This document shows positions 12,898 to 26,902 of a stretch of 64,000 nt of DNA, piece by piece (the first letter of the stretch is position 1; each line of letters begins with the position of its first letter). The notes beneath the pieces were generated by a model. It worked only from the letters and a program-made list of their open reading frames with translations. It did no database searches and was not told the origin of the DNA. A program made the position numbers and the translations under genes. This DNA is from Chiloscyllium plagiosum (taxonomy: Eukaryota): contig NC_057718.1 of the NCBI RefSeq assembly GCF_004010195.1, positions 66,836,179 to 66,900,178 on the forward strand, read 5' to 3'.

Positions 12898-15800
12898 ATA
12901 GAGTCATTGAGTCATAGAGATGTACAGCATGGAAACAAACTCTTCGGTCCAACCCGTCCATGCCGACCAGATATCCCAACCCAATCTAGGCCCACACCTG
13001 CCAGCACCCGGCCCATATCCCTCCAAATCCTTCCTATTCATATACCCATCCAAATGCCTCTTAAATGTTGCAATTGTACCAGCTTCCACCACTTCCTCTG
13101 GCAGCTCATTCCATACCCGTACCACCCTCTATGTGAAAACGTTGCCCCTTAGGTCTCTTTTATATCTTTCCCCTCTCACCCTAAACCTATGCCCTCTAGT
13201 TCTGGACTCCCTGACCCCAGGAAAAAGACTTTGCCTATTTACCCTATCCATGCCCCTCATAATTTTGTAAACCTGTATTAGGTCACCCCTCAGCCTCCGA
13301 CGCTCCAGGGAAAACAGCCCAGCCTGTTCAGCCTCTCCCTATAGCTCAAATCCTCCAACCCTGGCAACATCCTTGTAAATCTTTTCTGAACCCTTTCAAG
13401 TTTCACAACATCTTTCCGATAGGAAGGAGACAAAAATACATGCAATATTCCAACAGTGGCCGAAACAATGTCCTGTACAGCCACAACATGACCTCCCAAC
13501 TCCTGTACTCAATACTCTGACCAATAAAAGAAAGCATACCAAATGCCTTCTTTACGCTCCTATCTACCTGCGACTCCACTTTCAAGAAGCTATGAACCTG
13601 CACTCCAAGGTCTCTTTGTTCAGCAACACTCCCTAGGACCTTACCATGAAGTGTACAAGTCCTGCTCAGATTTGCTTTCCCAAAATGCAGCACCTCGCAT
13701 TTATTTGAATTAAACTCCATCTGCCACTTCTCAGCCCATTGGCTCATCTGGTCAAGATGCTGTTGTAATCTGAGGTAATCCTCTTCGCTGTCCACTATAC
13801 CTCCAATTTTCATGTCATCTGCAAACTTACTAACTATACCTCTTATGCTCGTATCCAAATCATTTATGTAAGTGACAAAAGGTAGAGGACTCAGCACCTA
13901 TCCTTGTGGCACTCCACTGGTCACAGGCCTCCAATCTGAAAAACAACCCTCCACCACCACCCTCTGTCTTCTACCTTTCAGCCAGTTCTGTATCTAAATG
14001 GCTAGTTCTCCCTGTATTCCATGAGATTTAACCTCCCATCAGTCTCCCATGGGGAACCTTATAGAATGCCTTACTGAAGTCCATATAGATCACATCTACT
14101 GCTCTGCCCTCATCAATCCTCTTTGTTACTTCTTCAGAAAACTCAATCAAATTTGTGAGACATGATTTCCCACGCACAAAGCCACGTTGACTATCCTTAA
14201 TCAGTTCTTGCCTTTCCAAATGCATGTACATCCTGTCCCTCAGGATTCCCTCCAACAACTTGCCCACCACCGAGGTCAGGCTCACTAGTCTACAGTTCCC
14301 TGGCTTGTCCTTACCACCCTTCTTAAACAGTGGCACCACGTTAGCCAACCTCCAGTCTTCGGGCACCTTACCTGTGACTATCAATGATACAACTATCTCA
14401 GCAAGAGGCCAACAATTACTTCTCTAACTTCCCACAGAGTTCTAGGGTACACCTGATCAGGTCCTGGGGATTTATCCACCTTTACCCATTTCAAGACATC
14501 CATTACTTCCTCCTCTGTAATCTGGACATTTTGCAAGATATCACCATCGATTTCCCTACAGTCTATATCTTCCATATCCTTTTCCACAGTAAATACTGAT
14601 GCAAAATACTCATTTAGTATCTCCCCATTTTCTGCAGCTCCACACAAAGTCCGCCTTGTTGATCTTTGAGGGGCCCTATTCTCTCCCTAGTTACCCTTTT
14701 GTCCTTAATATATTTGTAAAATCCCTTTCGATTTTCCTTAATTCTATTTGCCAAAGCTATCTCATGTCCCCTTTTTGCCCTCCTGATTTCCCTCTTAAGT
14801 ATACTCCTACTTCCTTTATACTCTTCTAAGGATTCATTCCTGTCTATACCTTACATATGTTTCCTTTTTCTTTACCAAACCCTCAATTTCTTTAGTCATC
14901 CAGCATTCCCTCTACCTACCAGCCTTTCCTTTCACCTTGACAGGAATATACTTTCTCTGGATTCTCGTTATCTTCCCATTTTCCAGCCGTCCCTTTCCCT
15001 GCAAATATCTGCCCCCAATCAGCTTTCGAATGTTCTTGCCTAATACCGTCAAAATTGGCCTTTCTCCAATTTAGAACTTCAACTTTTAGATCTGGTCTAT
15101 CCTTTTCCATCACTATGTTACATCTAATAGAATTATGATCGCTGTCCCCAAAGTGATTCCCCACTGACACCTCAGACACCTGCCCTGCCTTATTTCCCAA
15201 GAGTAGGTCAAGTTTTGCACCTTCTCTAGTAGGTACATCCACATACTGAATCATAAAATTGTCTTGTACGCACTTAACAAATTCCTCTCCATCTAAACTT
15301 TTAACACTATGGCAGTCCTAGTCAATGTTTGGAAACTTAAAATCCCCTACCATAACCACCCTATTATTCTTACAGATAGCTGAGATATCCTTACAAGTTT
15401 GTTTCCCAATTTCCCTCTGACTAATAGGGGGTCTATAATACAATCCCTATAAGGTGATCATCCCTTTCTTATTTCTCAGTTCCACCCAAATAACTTCCCT
15501 GGATGTATTTCCGGGAATATCCTCCCTCAGCACAGTTGTAATGCTATCCCTTTTCAAAATGCCACTCACCCTCTTCTCTTGCCTCCCTTTCTATCCTTCC
15601 TGTAGCATTTGTATCCTGGAACATTAAGCTGCCAGTCCTGCCCATCCCTGAGCCATATTTCTGTAATTACTATGATATCCCAGTCCCATGCCCTGAGTTC
15701 ATCTGCCTTCCCTGTTAGGCCCCTTGCATTGAAATAAATGCAGTTTAATTTATTAGTCCTACCTTGTCCCTGCTTGCCCTGACTGTTTGACTCGCTTCTG

Positions 15801-16247
15801 TTCTCAACTGTACCAGTCTCAGATTGATCTCTTTCCTCACTATCTCCCTGGGTCCTACCTCCCCCACCTTACTAGTTTAAATCCTCCCAAGCAGCTCCAG
15901 CAAGTTTCCCTGCCAGTGTATTAGTCCCCTTCCAATTTAGGTGCAATCCATCCTTCTTGTACCTTCACTTCTACCCCAAAGGAGATTCCAATGATCCAAA
16001 AATGTGAATCCTTCTCCCATACACCAGCTCCTCAGCCATGCATTCATCTGCTCTATCCTCCTATTCCTGCCCTCACTAGCTCATAGCACTGGGAGTAATC
16101 CAGATATTACTACTCTCTGTAATCTTCCTTCAGAATCTCAAAACCTTTTCCCTTCCTATGTCGTTAGTTCCAATGTGGATAATGACCTCTTGCTGGCCCC
16201 TCTCCCCCTTGAGAACATTCTGCACCCTCTCTGAGACATCCTTGATC
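12898..16247 (-). mobile_element. CR1 (HER1-like) LINE, nearly complete ORF2 with frameshifts plus ORF1 remnant
   Basis: PTREGAKLDLLL (EN), KSPGPDQVYPR, VDVIYMDFSKAF, SKFADD (RT), VRVWNELPEEVV; microsatellite-like tail at ~12900. Confidence 0.92.
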
Positions 16248-16249
16248 CG

Positions 16250-16505
16250 GGAGTTCAACAATTCCGGAAATCACTCACCATCAATATAAAAAAGGTCGGA
16301 GTTCAACAACTCCGGAAATCGCCCACCGTCAATATAAAAAGGTCGGAGCTCAACAACTCCGGAAATCAGCCACTGTCAATATAAAAAGTTCGGAGCTCAA
16401 CAACTCCGGAAATCGCGAACTTTCAATATAAAAAGGGTCGGAGTTCAACAACTCTGGAAATTGCCCACCATCCATATAAAAAGGTCACTTCACTTCACTT
16501 CACTT
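16250..16505. repeat. Five 47-48-bp tandem units with an internal hairpin, followed by (ACTTC)4
   Basis: Units start at 16250, 16298, 16345, 16392 and 16440. Consensus GGAGTTCAACAACTCCGGAAATC-N8-TCAATATAAAAAGGTC. Confidence 0.9.
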
Positions 16506-16509
16506 ATTC

Positions 16510-17335
16510 TTCCCCCCTTTTTTTAATATAGGGTTCTCTTGACCCTTTCCTTGCTAAGACCGATCATTTCCGGCTGGAACAGAAAATAGACAGCAAGGGG
16601 TCAGGTCGAACACTACTTGAATGAGAGGAAAACCAAACGTATATAAAGTACTCACATCTGGCCGGCCGAATTCCTTAACACTCAATAGTGAAGGACTCAA
16701 GGCTCTTACACCGCTGTCCATGATCCGTCCGTGCCAAACCACGAGTCACGGCATCCCAGAAGATCTGGATCCCCAGTAGGGGACCTCTCGGTTTCACGAT
16801 CGGTCAAAAGAATCACTAGGAGTATAGTCTGTTTACAGCAAGGTTACCAGTTTAATAAAATAAGGCAGCCTGGCACAGATTTGTCCAGCAACACAGAGGT
16901 TAAATGTTTCTGTGTTCCATGGAGAAATTGTGCAATTACAATTGAGCAATAAGCATATTTTATATGTTTTTTTTAAGGGACAGTAGGACCTTAATTACAA
17001 GTAAAGACCAATCAAATGTAATAAGGTGATATGATTGACAGCAGGTTAATCCAATAGTATTTCCTGGGAAATAGTATTGTCTTATGTACATCATCATCTC
17101 ATATTCGCAGTTCAAGGTTAGTTCGAGCGGTCAGTTTATGCCTTATGATTCATTTTTAGAAGACTGCTTTATCTCCTAATTCAGCTAGCTCAGCAAAGCA
17201 AAATGCAGGTTCACAGTGTCAAATCATAACTTGAGGCCATTTTGTTGTGTTATTTTAAATTGAAAAGCCATTTTGTGGTTAATAAAAGCCTACATACACT
17301 TGTTGCTCCTGACAAATTCAAATTTTAAATCCTCA
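16510..17335 (-). mobile_element. Endogenous retrovirus 5' LTR (16759-17335) with PBS and leader
   Basis: On the minus strand the LTR begins TGAGGATTTAAAATTTGAA, matching the solo LTR at 28161, and shares the aacctctgtgttgctgga block. It is followed by a PBS and a GTGAGT donor-like site (~16650). Confidence 0.8.
16742..16758 (-). promoter_or_regulatory. Primer binding site complementary to tRNA-His
   Basis: Minus strand TGGGATGCCGTGACTCG versus the tRNA-His PBS TGGTGCCGTGACTCGGAT (12-nt exact core), directly abutting the LTR end. Confidence 0.72.
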
Positions 17336-17559
17336 ACCACCAATATGTCAAGAGTGGCAGGTTTACCAGAATACGTAAATCTTAGCAGAGTCACAATTCA
17401 GGAGATTAAGCCACATCCACTGTGGTGTAACAGACCATATGTGAGTCAATTGAATTAGCTGAAGTTGAAGACTTTCTTGATATAGATCTGTTATACTTTG
17501 ATGAGAACCACTCTCAAAAAGTTGCAGTTGACCAAGAATGAACAATTACCAGTTATTAT

Positions 17560-18200
17560 TATTCAGGGAATGCCTGACAGTGTAAAATAAAATTTGAAAT
17601 TGTTTGCTCATTTTGGCTACACATAGACAAACTTGGTATATTTCAGCCAGTCATTTTCAAAAGGAAAACAAGTCCTAATACCAGAAGTTCTATGTCAAGG
17701 TATCATGACAATGTTACACCATGAACACATGGGTACTGAATGCACAAGAGAGCTATCATGTATACCTGTATGCTGACCAGGAATGAGTTGGGATATTCAA
17801 TGACTTCTGAATACACTTGAGGCATACAAATTGTACTAACCCTAGCAGCATAGGAGCCTTTACATCTACACAATGTTCTATCGACTCCTCAGATGAAAAT
17901 AGCAAAAAACTTACTCATAGTGAGTGGGGAAAATTACATCTTTGTAATGGATTACTTCTCCAAATTTCTCATTTTCAATGACTTAGTAACATGATAAGTG
18001 CAACCATCACAAGTATGAAGAACACTATTTTCACTTTATCCAGAACGAATAATACCTGACAATAGACTGCAGTTCACTGGCAAACTGTTTTAAGGCATGC
18101 AGTAAATGGAAAATCACCCATATCACATCCTCACTCAAAGACTTTAGGCAAACACACGGTATTATTACCAATCTATAGTTAAAACTGGCAAGCAAATAGA
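17560..18200 (+). mobile_element. Very degenerate Gypsy-type integrase remnant
   Basis: Fragments VMDYFSKF (~17945), PDNRLQFT (SDNGPQF-like, ~18056) and HITSS (~18120) in the expected order. Confidence 0.55.
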
Positions 18201-19799
18201 AAACTACCACAACTAGATATTGGGCAGAGTATGAATCAGAAATTCAGTTACAAATACTTGGTCATCATCAAAGTATTCTAAAATATGTAACCAAAAAAAA
18301 TCATAAGCAGTGATTGATCATAGCGTTATGTTGCGAAGGAATGGATGCCACCTCAAACCAATGTATGACACACCAATTATGCATAAGGAGATTGAGGAAG
18401 GAAACATCAATGATGCCTGTGCTATGTGAAAACAATCAGTAGCAAGGCAACCAAGTTATCACACAAGAGCAATCATGTGCAAGTCATCAAATAAGGGCAG
18501 GTTGCCAAACTGGCAAAAAATTACATTTAAATTTGAATTATTAGTTGTGTTAACTTTGCTTTCACTTGTTTGTGTAAATACGAAATTTACAACACATGCC
18601 TATGAACAACAATGTTTATCGGTTTGGAATTCTTTTTGTTTTTTGAAATAATGTTATGTCTCACTGTTAGTATGCAATATATCTTTAAGAAACATACATA
18701 TGATACATTACTGTATCAAAGCTTTTGATGTTGGGATATAGTGATCTGAGTCTCCAACTTAACTGGGGCTTAAAGCACAGCATGCTGGTTAAAGCTTTGT
18801 ATTAGCCCAGGCACTTGCCTGTGATAGTAGTATATGCATATACTGGGAGCTCTAATCTTTGAATCTTTCAGTCCAATTTTACCCAAGTGTATTTTTTATT
18901 TTATAGGAATGAACAAATGTATTGCCTCAACAGGTACAAATACTCTGCTGAAGGCAAAAGCCCACAACATGATGACAGATCAGATGGAACCCAAACAGAA
19001 TATCAGTAAGCAGGTTAAGATTTACTAAGTGCTGCTTGATAGCACTCTCAATTACATATTTCATTACTTTACTAATTAATAAGAATAGATTGATAGATTG
19101 TATTAATTCGGCAGGGTTGGATTTGTTCTGCTTCTTGTGGACAGGATATGTTGCTGAGTAGATGCTGACGTTGTAACTGTACCGGAACAGCTTGGGTTAG
19201 AGGCATAACTGGTGCTAGACCACAAGTCTTCAGTAAGTTTTGCATGGTCAGGAAGGAGAGATCCCAACCAGAGTGAGACACAGCCCAAGTGAGAATGGAG
19301 ATCAGGGAATTTGGAGGGAATTCAGTGCAGAAGGGAAGATATGCTTTTTGCTTGCTTTTTGTCTTGGCCCAGAAATGGTGGCGATCAGCTTCAGGAGATT
19401 TCCTTGGTCATATTTAACCTGTTACTTTGAGAATTAATGGGATAGTAAGTCAATGTTCCCTTAATTTAAAATTCCTTTTAGATTTCATAGTCATTGTTGC
19501 ACCTGCAAATCTTACAAGGTCATTTTAGAATCGACAAGATTGTATACTAGATTAGGTCAACCCAGGTATGGCTGATGGATTTTCTTCCTTGGCATTAGTC
19601 AATCTGATAGGATTTTATGGTGAACATGGTTCTTTTAGGCTATCTTTTAATTCCAGATTTATTAATTCAATTTAACTTCCACCAGCTGGCATGGTGGGAT
19701 TTGATACCATCTCTCCACAGTATAAGCCTGTGGTTGAGGATAACTAGTCCAGTTATCATTGCACATTACAGTGGGCATCTCTGAAACATTAGGCCTGGA

Positions 19800-20480
19800 G
19801 GTCTGTTAACAATGTTCATTCAATCTTTAATATTCCAAACTTGCCGTCTTCCAGATCTGCCAAAATTTATTTTATTTCTTTAGTGGCCCTATTTCCTGAA
19901 TCTGATCATCTCATTAGGCATAATTCTTCAATCTTTCATCTTCTGTAATATCGCCATATGTCCCATTTGTGTCATGAATAGCAACTTGTCCAGTCATTTC
20001 TTTAAATCATCAGATATCTGATCCAAACTATGTCTCTTTCGAAGAAACTAACTCCAGCTATGATCCAACAATTATAAAGCAATCACTAGACAAGGCATTT
20101 CCTTGAATTTCTGTAGTCTTTATTGTTGTCTACTAAACTCCATGACATACAACTCTATGGAATAACTGTTGGCCTTTCTAAATCTATCAAAACCTTGTAG
20201 TCATTTAATAGATGGTATTACTTATACATTTTATCCATGAAACTTAACAGAACATTCAAACTTTCATCCATTTCTAAGAGCTCACAGTTCACCAAACACT
20301 TTTTTGCTGCTGTTTTTAATTTTGTCAGAAAGTGAAAATGACACTGCCATAGCTTGTTTTCTCTTCATTAAAGCAGTCATCTGTATCCTCATATCGACTC
20401 TACTTTCCCAATAATCATAAAGTTTAAGTTCAAAGAACAGCACTGGGTAACTATACTTGCTTTCAGATATTTTACACATA
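19800..20480 (-). mobile_element. Degenerate LTR-retrotransposon gag-like remnant
   Basis: YDYWESRVDM...KRKQAMAVSFSL...KVFGEL (20282..20479 -) resembles gag N-termini of fish LTR elements; recognition only. Confidence 0.4.
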
Positions 20481-21479
20481 TTTCAGATTACTATTTATAA
20501 AAAAATCTTAGTTTCTAATTTTTACCTTTAGACAACCATCATCTGCTACAATATTAAGTTGACCCAAGCCAGTTCGTATAGTATCAAACTAGACAATAAA
20601 ACTTTTCCTGATAATGTATTTATTTATGAAATACAGCACTATTTATGTCTGTTCCTAATTATTAGCCCTGTGTCCAGCACACTCTCTTTATAAGTTTTCC
20701 AGATACTTAACTAAACAATTAAGCACTCTCCAGATGAACCTACACTTTCATCAGTATTCAGAACTGTATACTGATTGGAGAATAAGATGCATTCAGGCGA
20801 GTTCACAGCATCTGCTTATTTTCTTATGACCGCCTGGTGGTAACACTTGGCTGCATCTATAAACACATTCTTCACAAAGATAAACATCTTATAAGTGTGG
20901 CCCAGTGATGTCAGCTGCTGCCTCAAGCTTTGAAACCTGAAGTTTGAACTAATGATAATTCTTGTACACATGGTTACACAGGATACATGAAATGTCCTGG
21001 AGTTCCCATATAACATAGCAAGTACCCAAGATATTGGAGCTGCCTGCCAAATCTCTACGCTTGGATAATAAACTGTGCTACTATTAAAATAAACCTTACT
21101 GCTCTATTATTTCTTACTACTTAAAAATAGAGAAATACTCATCAATTACTCACTTCCTTTCAATTGATGTCACTTGCAGGTAAACTGAATGCATTATCTA
21201 ATCCTTATTGAAGCAAATAATTCACTAGTTGCTTAAACTAACTCCCTGACTTTGTAGAAAGGGAAACACAATCCCGGTACTCACCAGAAAATCAAACTGC
21301 TTTTCTGTTATGGCAGGATTTTTTTTTCACTCTTTCAAACTACGGTGTCCTTCTAGCTCTTGATTCTCTCCTCTGGTATGCCGCATTTACACAGCAATAA
21401 CCATGTTCACTGGCGCTCAGTTTGGGTTCCACCAGGTATACTTGGCTCAAAACCGTATTACAACCTTTTCTAAACATAG

Positions 21480-21666
21480 TCAAGAGTGTGGTGCTCGTAA
21501 AGCTCAGCAGGTCAGGCAGCATCCAAGGAACAGGAGAACCGATGTATCGGGCATAAGGCCTTCATCAGGAATGAGGATGTGCTTGGATGCTGCCTGATTC
21601 GCTGTGTTTTTCCAGCACCACACTCTTGACTCTGATATCCAGCATCTGCAGTCCTCACTTTCTCCC
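21480..21666. mobile_element. Inverted pair of PLE pLTR fragments
   Basis: Opposed copies; flanking direct repeat tctaaacatag at 21469 and 21671. Confidence 0.8.
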
Positions 21667-24084
21667 TTTGTCTAAACATAGGCAAAATGTCTGAATTCTA
21701 GGGTTGAAGTGAGAGTGACTGACTTTGGTATTAAATCAAAATATAACCAACTGAGGCATTAAACAGCCCAAGCAAAACTGAAGTCAAAAAGAATCTAGTA
21801 GAAAGCTCAAGACTGATTAGTATCTTGTCTAGCAGAATGAAAATGCCAGTCATCTCAACCCCAGAAAATTACTGCAAAAATTCTTTTCACTTGTGTCCTA
21901 GGCTCACTTCCTGCATCATTTACCATAAGTTCAAAATGTTCACTAATCACACAATGTTGAGACCATTCATGATTCATCAAATCCTGAAGCAGTCTGTGAC
22001 CATACACAACTATCCCTGGAAAATGTTTAGACTTAGGTTGATAAGTGGCAAGTCATATTTATGCCACAAAAGTGCCAGGCAATAATCATCCCCATCCCTT
22101 TAACCTTCTCCCCTCACTGAATCTATCAGCAGAAACATTCTGCAGGTTAACTCTGACCAGAGGTTGGACATTGTGAGGCAAGTCACTCACTTTTCCACTG
22201 TCCAAAGCCTATCTATGGTCTACAAGGCTCAGGTTAGGTGTGTGATGGAATATTCTCCATTTGAGAATGCATTTAATTAAGCATACTGGATCTTTGGCTT
22301 TATAAATAGATGATAGAGTACTAAAACAAAGAAATTGTGAAAAGTAATTATAGACAACTGTGGTATGGCCTGAATTGGTGGAAGTATCCTGTTCTGAGCA
22401 CCACACAGGAATGAGGACATTCTGTAAAGTGAATAGGTTAGAGAGGTAAGAGCTAGTCTCCATGTATGCAATGAAAAAGTTTGAGTGTTTGGTGGATGCA
22501 TTTAGGGAATTCATTACTTTGAATATATGCTGTGACCTAGACCAATATATGGACTTAAAAAGATTGAAATTCTGCTTTCAGAGTGGGACTTAACTGCAGA
22601 GTTGTGATTTGTAGAGGAAAGAACGCAAGAGGGACAATCATCGATTCTTCCGATGCTGATACTTCCAGTTCCTCCAATTTCAGGATCCCGCTCCTCCCAC
22701 TCTTGCTGCTCCTCAAGAGAAATAATCTTTGATTGTTGGAATTGTAAAGGCAGGTGGGGGAGGGGGGGGGGGGGGGCGGGGGTGTGGGAGGAACCCAAGA
22801 TGGGGGCTTAAAAGAGCAGTCATCTGGCCAGTTCCATTGCTGCTATGTGGAGAGTTTTAACTACACTGCACCAATTGTTTTTCAACTAACTGCTGCATGA
22901 CAAGGCTGAGGAGAAGCAAGCAAGAAAAAAAGAGGATGGTGTTTCAAAACCTGGAAAGTCTGTGCCAGTAATGAGACCTGGAATTGACCCCAGAGAAGCT
23001 TTTAGTCAGCCTTGTGCCAGCCTGCACCCACCTGTCTATTGGTTAGTATTGATAGATTTAAAAAAGTGAAGTCATAATAATCCTACTTCCTTATTAAAAT
23101 GAGATGAGTGATAGTAGTATAACCTAAGGATCTCCACATCTCAGGTGAGGTTGAGAAGATGAGAACTTTATAGTGACTTCAGCTGGTACAAGAATTGAAC
23201 ATTGTTGGTGTGGTACTGCTTTGCAAACCAGTTTTCCAACGAATTGAATTAACTGACCATCACTGAGAGAACGCTGCATTGTTGGATATGCAGTATATGG
23301 AAACAAGACTGAGATTAAGAAGTGAGGGAATGTAAAACTGATAATGGAGCAGTAATGTGGAGTCCAGTATTGTCAGAAGACTAGGAGTGAGAAAGCACTA
23401 CACTGTTCTCTATACACTAAAAACGTATTGCAGTATTGTGGTGAGGGTACTAAAGGTAATAAATCACTGTGCTACCAAAGAAAGAGTACTGAGGGATTTG
23501 TGCAATGTTCGAGTTTAAATATTGATCAAATGTGGCAAGGCTGGGGTGCAGTTTGCAGGGACAACTGCTGTGTCTGACTACTGCTCTGCACTCCAGTGAA
23601 GCTAGTATTAATGGTTTGGATACTCCGATAGCCAAATAGTAACTGGAGCAGCACAGATTTGGAGTTGTGCATTGGAACCATGCAGAATTTCAGGTTCTGT
23701 GGGAATTGCTTGAGAATCAGCAGGAAATCTCCTTGCCCATGTTTAACTTGATGCCATGAGACTTCAATGGGTTAAAAGTCGCAAAGGCAACTCCCTCCTG
23801 GACCATACACTACTATACCATCACCTCTGGTGAGTTTATCCTGCTGATGAGACAGGTCATACCAGACTATGATAGGTGGATATTTGACTATTCCGTGGGA
23901 CAGTTTTCCAAATGTTCAATCCCAGGCAGAGGAAGGTGGGTAGTGTTGGACAGTGGTGGCACTTCCATTACATGAAAATATGGAAATATTTGACTTTATT
24001 TTGAAAACAAAATCAGTCTTTGATTGTACTGACAAAGCCTACAGATGAAGAGGCCAAGTGCTCCAATATTGGGTTAATAGGATG

Positions 24085-24712
24085 TGTCACAAAGCTGGTC
24101 CTTTTTTCTAAAAGCTGTTCCTTTTCTCAAGGATATTGTGTCCTTGGTTTTTTCCAGAGGGTTTAGAAATCACTTAGGCTTCAAATTGACTGGTTTGGTA
24201 CAGGAGATGAAAGGCCTTTTTGTTTATATGTAAACAGATGAGACTTCAGGCCAAAGCTTTTATGGTTTTAGAAGTAACCTGTATAAGTCAAGGGGGCGTA
24301 GCCAGTTTTCTAGCAGAGCAGTTTAGTTCAGAACTTTACTTAGGAGTTCAGCAACGGGCTGTATGGAAACAGGCTGCTAGACCTCTCTCCTTCTGCCCTT
24401 ATAACTTCAACCTTTCACTCTTCGTTTCATTTTACTGTGTTTAAGGAGTTTATTTATTGGGACTGTTGTGTATATTCGGTTCAGCATAATTAAGTCTAGT
24501 TTGGATAGACTGAGTTCTGTTCTTTATTCTGTTCTTTGTGTTTCATTCCATAATTTTGTGAATAAATTTTTGTCTGTTTTAAAACCTGTTAGTCAACCTA
24601 GCTAACTTACTCTGGGTACTTTTCACTGTAAACTGACAGAAACAAATTGCAAAGTTACTGTCTGCACTGCCTGCTTAAGAATGTTTTGAGTAGTCTGGCC
24701 TAGTCCATAACA
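24085..24712 (+). mobile_element. Solo LTR
   Basis: TGTCAC...ATAACA ends, near-TSD GATG/GATC, AATAAA at 24561. Confidence 0.65.
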
Positions 24713-24886
24713 GATCACTGAGGTCATACATACATATTCAATAACGTTTCTGATGAAGTAATAAGGAAATGGGAAATAACTCCAGAGGTCGGTATCCCAT
24801 CACCAATTCACCCTTTATTTACACGTGGAGAGTCCTTGACATTGATCCAGCTCTCTTAGAGCCAGTTGGCAGAGTGAACAGAATCC

Positions 24887-26140
24887 TTTTTTTCATATTT
24901 TATTAACCAGTACAAATTGCAAACAGTTAATATTAAAAGTTGTATACAAGAAACAGCAATTTAAAGGGGAAAGAGGCAGCAAAGCCAGACCCCAAACCCC
25001 ACCGTACAATCAGTTCACAGGGAAACAAGGACGAACCTCGAAACCCACCTTACATCAATCAAGAAGGAAACAGTAAACGCAATCACATACAAACAGGCCG
25101 ATAAACCGAACAATAAAACAGTGCATACATCATAGACACCTATGGCAACCCAGCAAACCACCCATCCCTCCCACCTTCTGGCCACTCAAAGGCAGCCCAC
25201 CCCTACACCCCTTCCGGCTCTCGGTCCTCCCATGTCCCTTCCGGCTCTCGGTCTACACTGACACACCTTACAGCCACCTCTAGGACAGCCTGTCCTGCTT
25301 CCCCATTCCACCCCAGGATGACAGCGATCAAGACGACGATCCACTTTCCAGTTTCCCTAACCAGCCTCGTGCGCCTTCCGACCACGTCTAGGACAGCCCA
25401 CCCAGTACCTGCCCAGGGTTACAGTGCTGAGGACAGCCTACTTGCCATCTGGCTGTTGGTCTTCCCCTACATACCATCTGGCTCTCACCCACCCCAACAC
25501 ACCATTCGGCATGTGGACTGATTTAACACACCTTCCAGCTACCTCTAGGACAACCTATTCCCCTCCATGGAATGATGGCACACAGGGAGGCCCACAAACC
25601 ATCTGGATCTCAGCCTGCCCCTACGCACCTTCTGGCTCTCGATTGCTGCGACACACCTTTCAGCTACCTCTAGGACAACCCAATTACCACTTCCTTGGGA
25701 CGACAGTGCTCAGAACAGCCTACCCACTTTCCGGCTCTCAGGGCGACTGGCATCAGGGTGGCCTACCCACCTTCTGATTCACAGGATGGCCTACCCACCC
25801 TCCAGCTCTTGGGGTGACAGCTTTTGGGCCGACCTATTAACCTCCTAGCTCACTGTGAGGCCTGCTCAATGCAGGAAGACGCAAGGCAGTGCAGGTGATA
25901 AACCTAACAAGCAAGAAGACAAAGTCAGTTACCAACAAACAGAGTCCTTTCTGGCATACAGAATCCATTACCGTAAACAGTTCTCTTCAAAATGCAGAGT
26001 CTATTCCCAGGAACAGAATCCAGTCCAGTATGCAGAATGCATTATCAGAGATAAAGTCCACAGCCAAAGGCAGAGTCCACTCCAGGATGTAGAGTCCACT
26101 CCTGAAGGCAGAAAATGCACACCCCACAGCACACACACAC
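24887..26140 (-). mobile_element. Poly(A)-tailed retroelement 3' region with internal sub-repeats (clade uncertain, L1/Tx1-like)
   Basis: T-run plus TTTATT at the left end; repeated ggacagcctacccaccttcc-type units; second copy at 62026-62950. Confidence 0.6.
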
Positions 26141-26534
26141 AGGTTTTCAGTCTCCTTAAAGGCCTGTTTTGGGACTTTGTCTCCACAAAGACTGTGTGGT
26201 GGTCACTCCTTATGATACTGTCATGGGCAAGTGTAGGTAGATTGTTGAGGACAAGGTCAATTAATTTCTTCCATCTCATTGACTCCTATATCACTTAAAC
26301 TCAGCTTAGTCAGTAGTTGTCCTACTTATAATGATTGGCATTGCTATCCCCATCCAGAGTACGTTCGGTGCCCTTGCCACCCTCAGTGCATCCTTCAATC
26401 ACTACAATTTCAAAAAAGACAAATAATAGAAGGGTAGAAGCAAATTACTGCGGATGCTGTTTTCTCTCCTTACAGATGCTGCCAGACCTGCTGAGATTGT
26501 CCAGCATTTTCTCTTTTGAATACAAGGATAGATC

Positions 26535-26902
26535 TGAGGTTAAGGTGAGGGTGATAGGCCGGAGAGGGGGTGGGGGCGGAGAGGTCGGGAAGAAGATTGC
26601 AGATTGCGGTCTGGCTTTGACCTGCAATCTTTTTCCCGCCCTCTCCGCCCCCACCCCCTCTCCGGCCTATCACCCTCACCTTAACCTCCTTCCACCTATC
26701 GCATTCCCAACACCCCTCCCCAAGTCCCTCCTCCCAACCTTTTACCTTAGCCTGCTTGGCACACCTTCCTCATTCCTGAAGAAGGGTTTATGCCCGAAAT
26801 GTTGATTCTCCTGCTCCTTGGATGCTGCCTGACCTGCTGCGCTTTTCCAGCAACACATTTTTCAGCTCTGATCTCCAGCATCTGCAGCCCTCACTTTCTC
26901 CT
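26535..26902. mobile_element. PLE pLTR with 5' inversion
   Basis: 26535-26600 is the reverse complement of 26622-26690, followed by the rest of the pLTR with a decayed hammerhead (~26776). Confidence 0.8.

Noticed and set aside
16250..16486. CRISPR-like look (palindromic repeats with variable inserts)
   Set aside because: The variable part is only 8 nt and related between units, the context is vertebrate, and there are no cas genes. Treated as a tandem repeat.
22755..22790. Long G run (G-quadruplex potential)
   Set aside because: Isolated homopolymer in decayed repeat context, length unreliable, no supporting feature.
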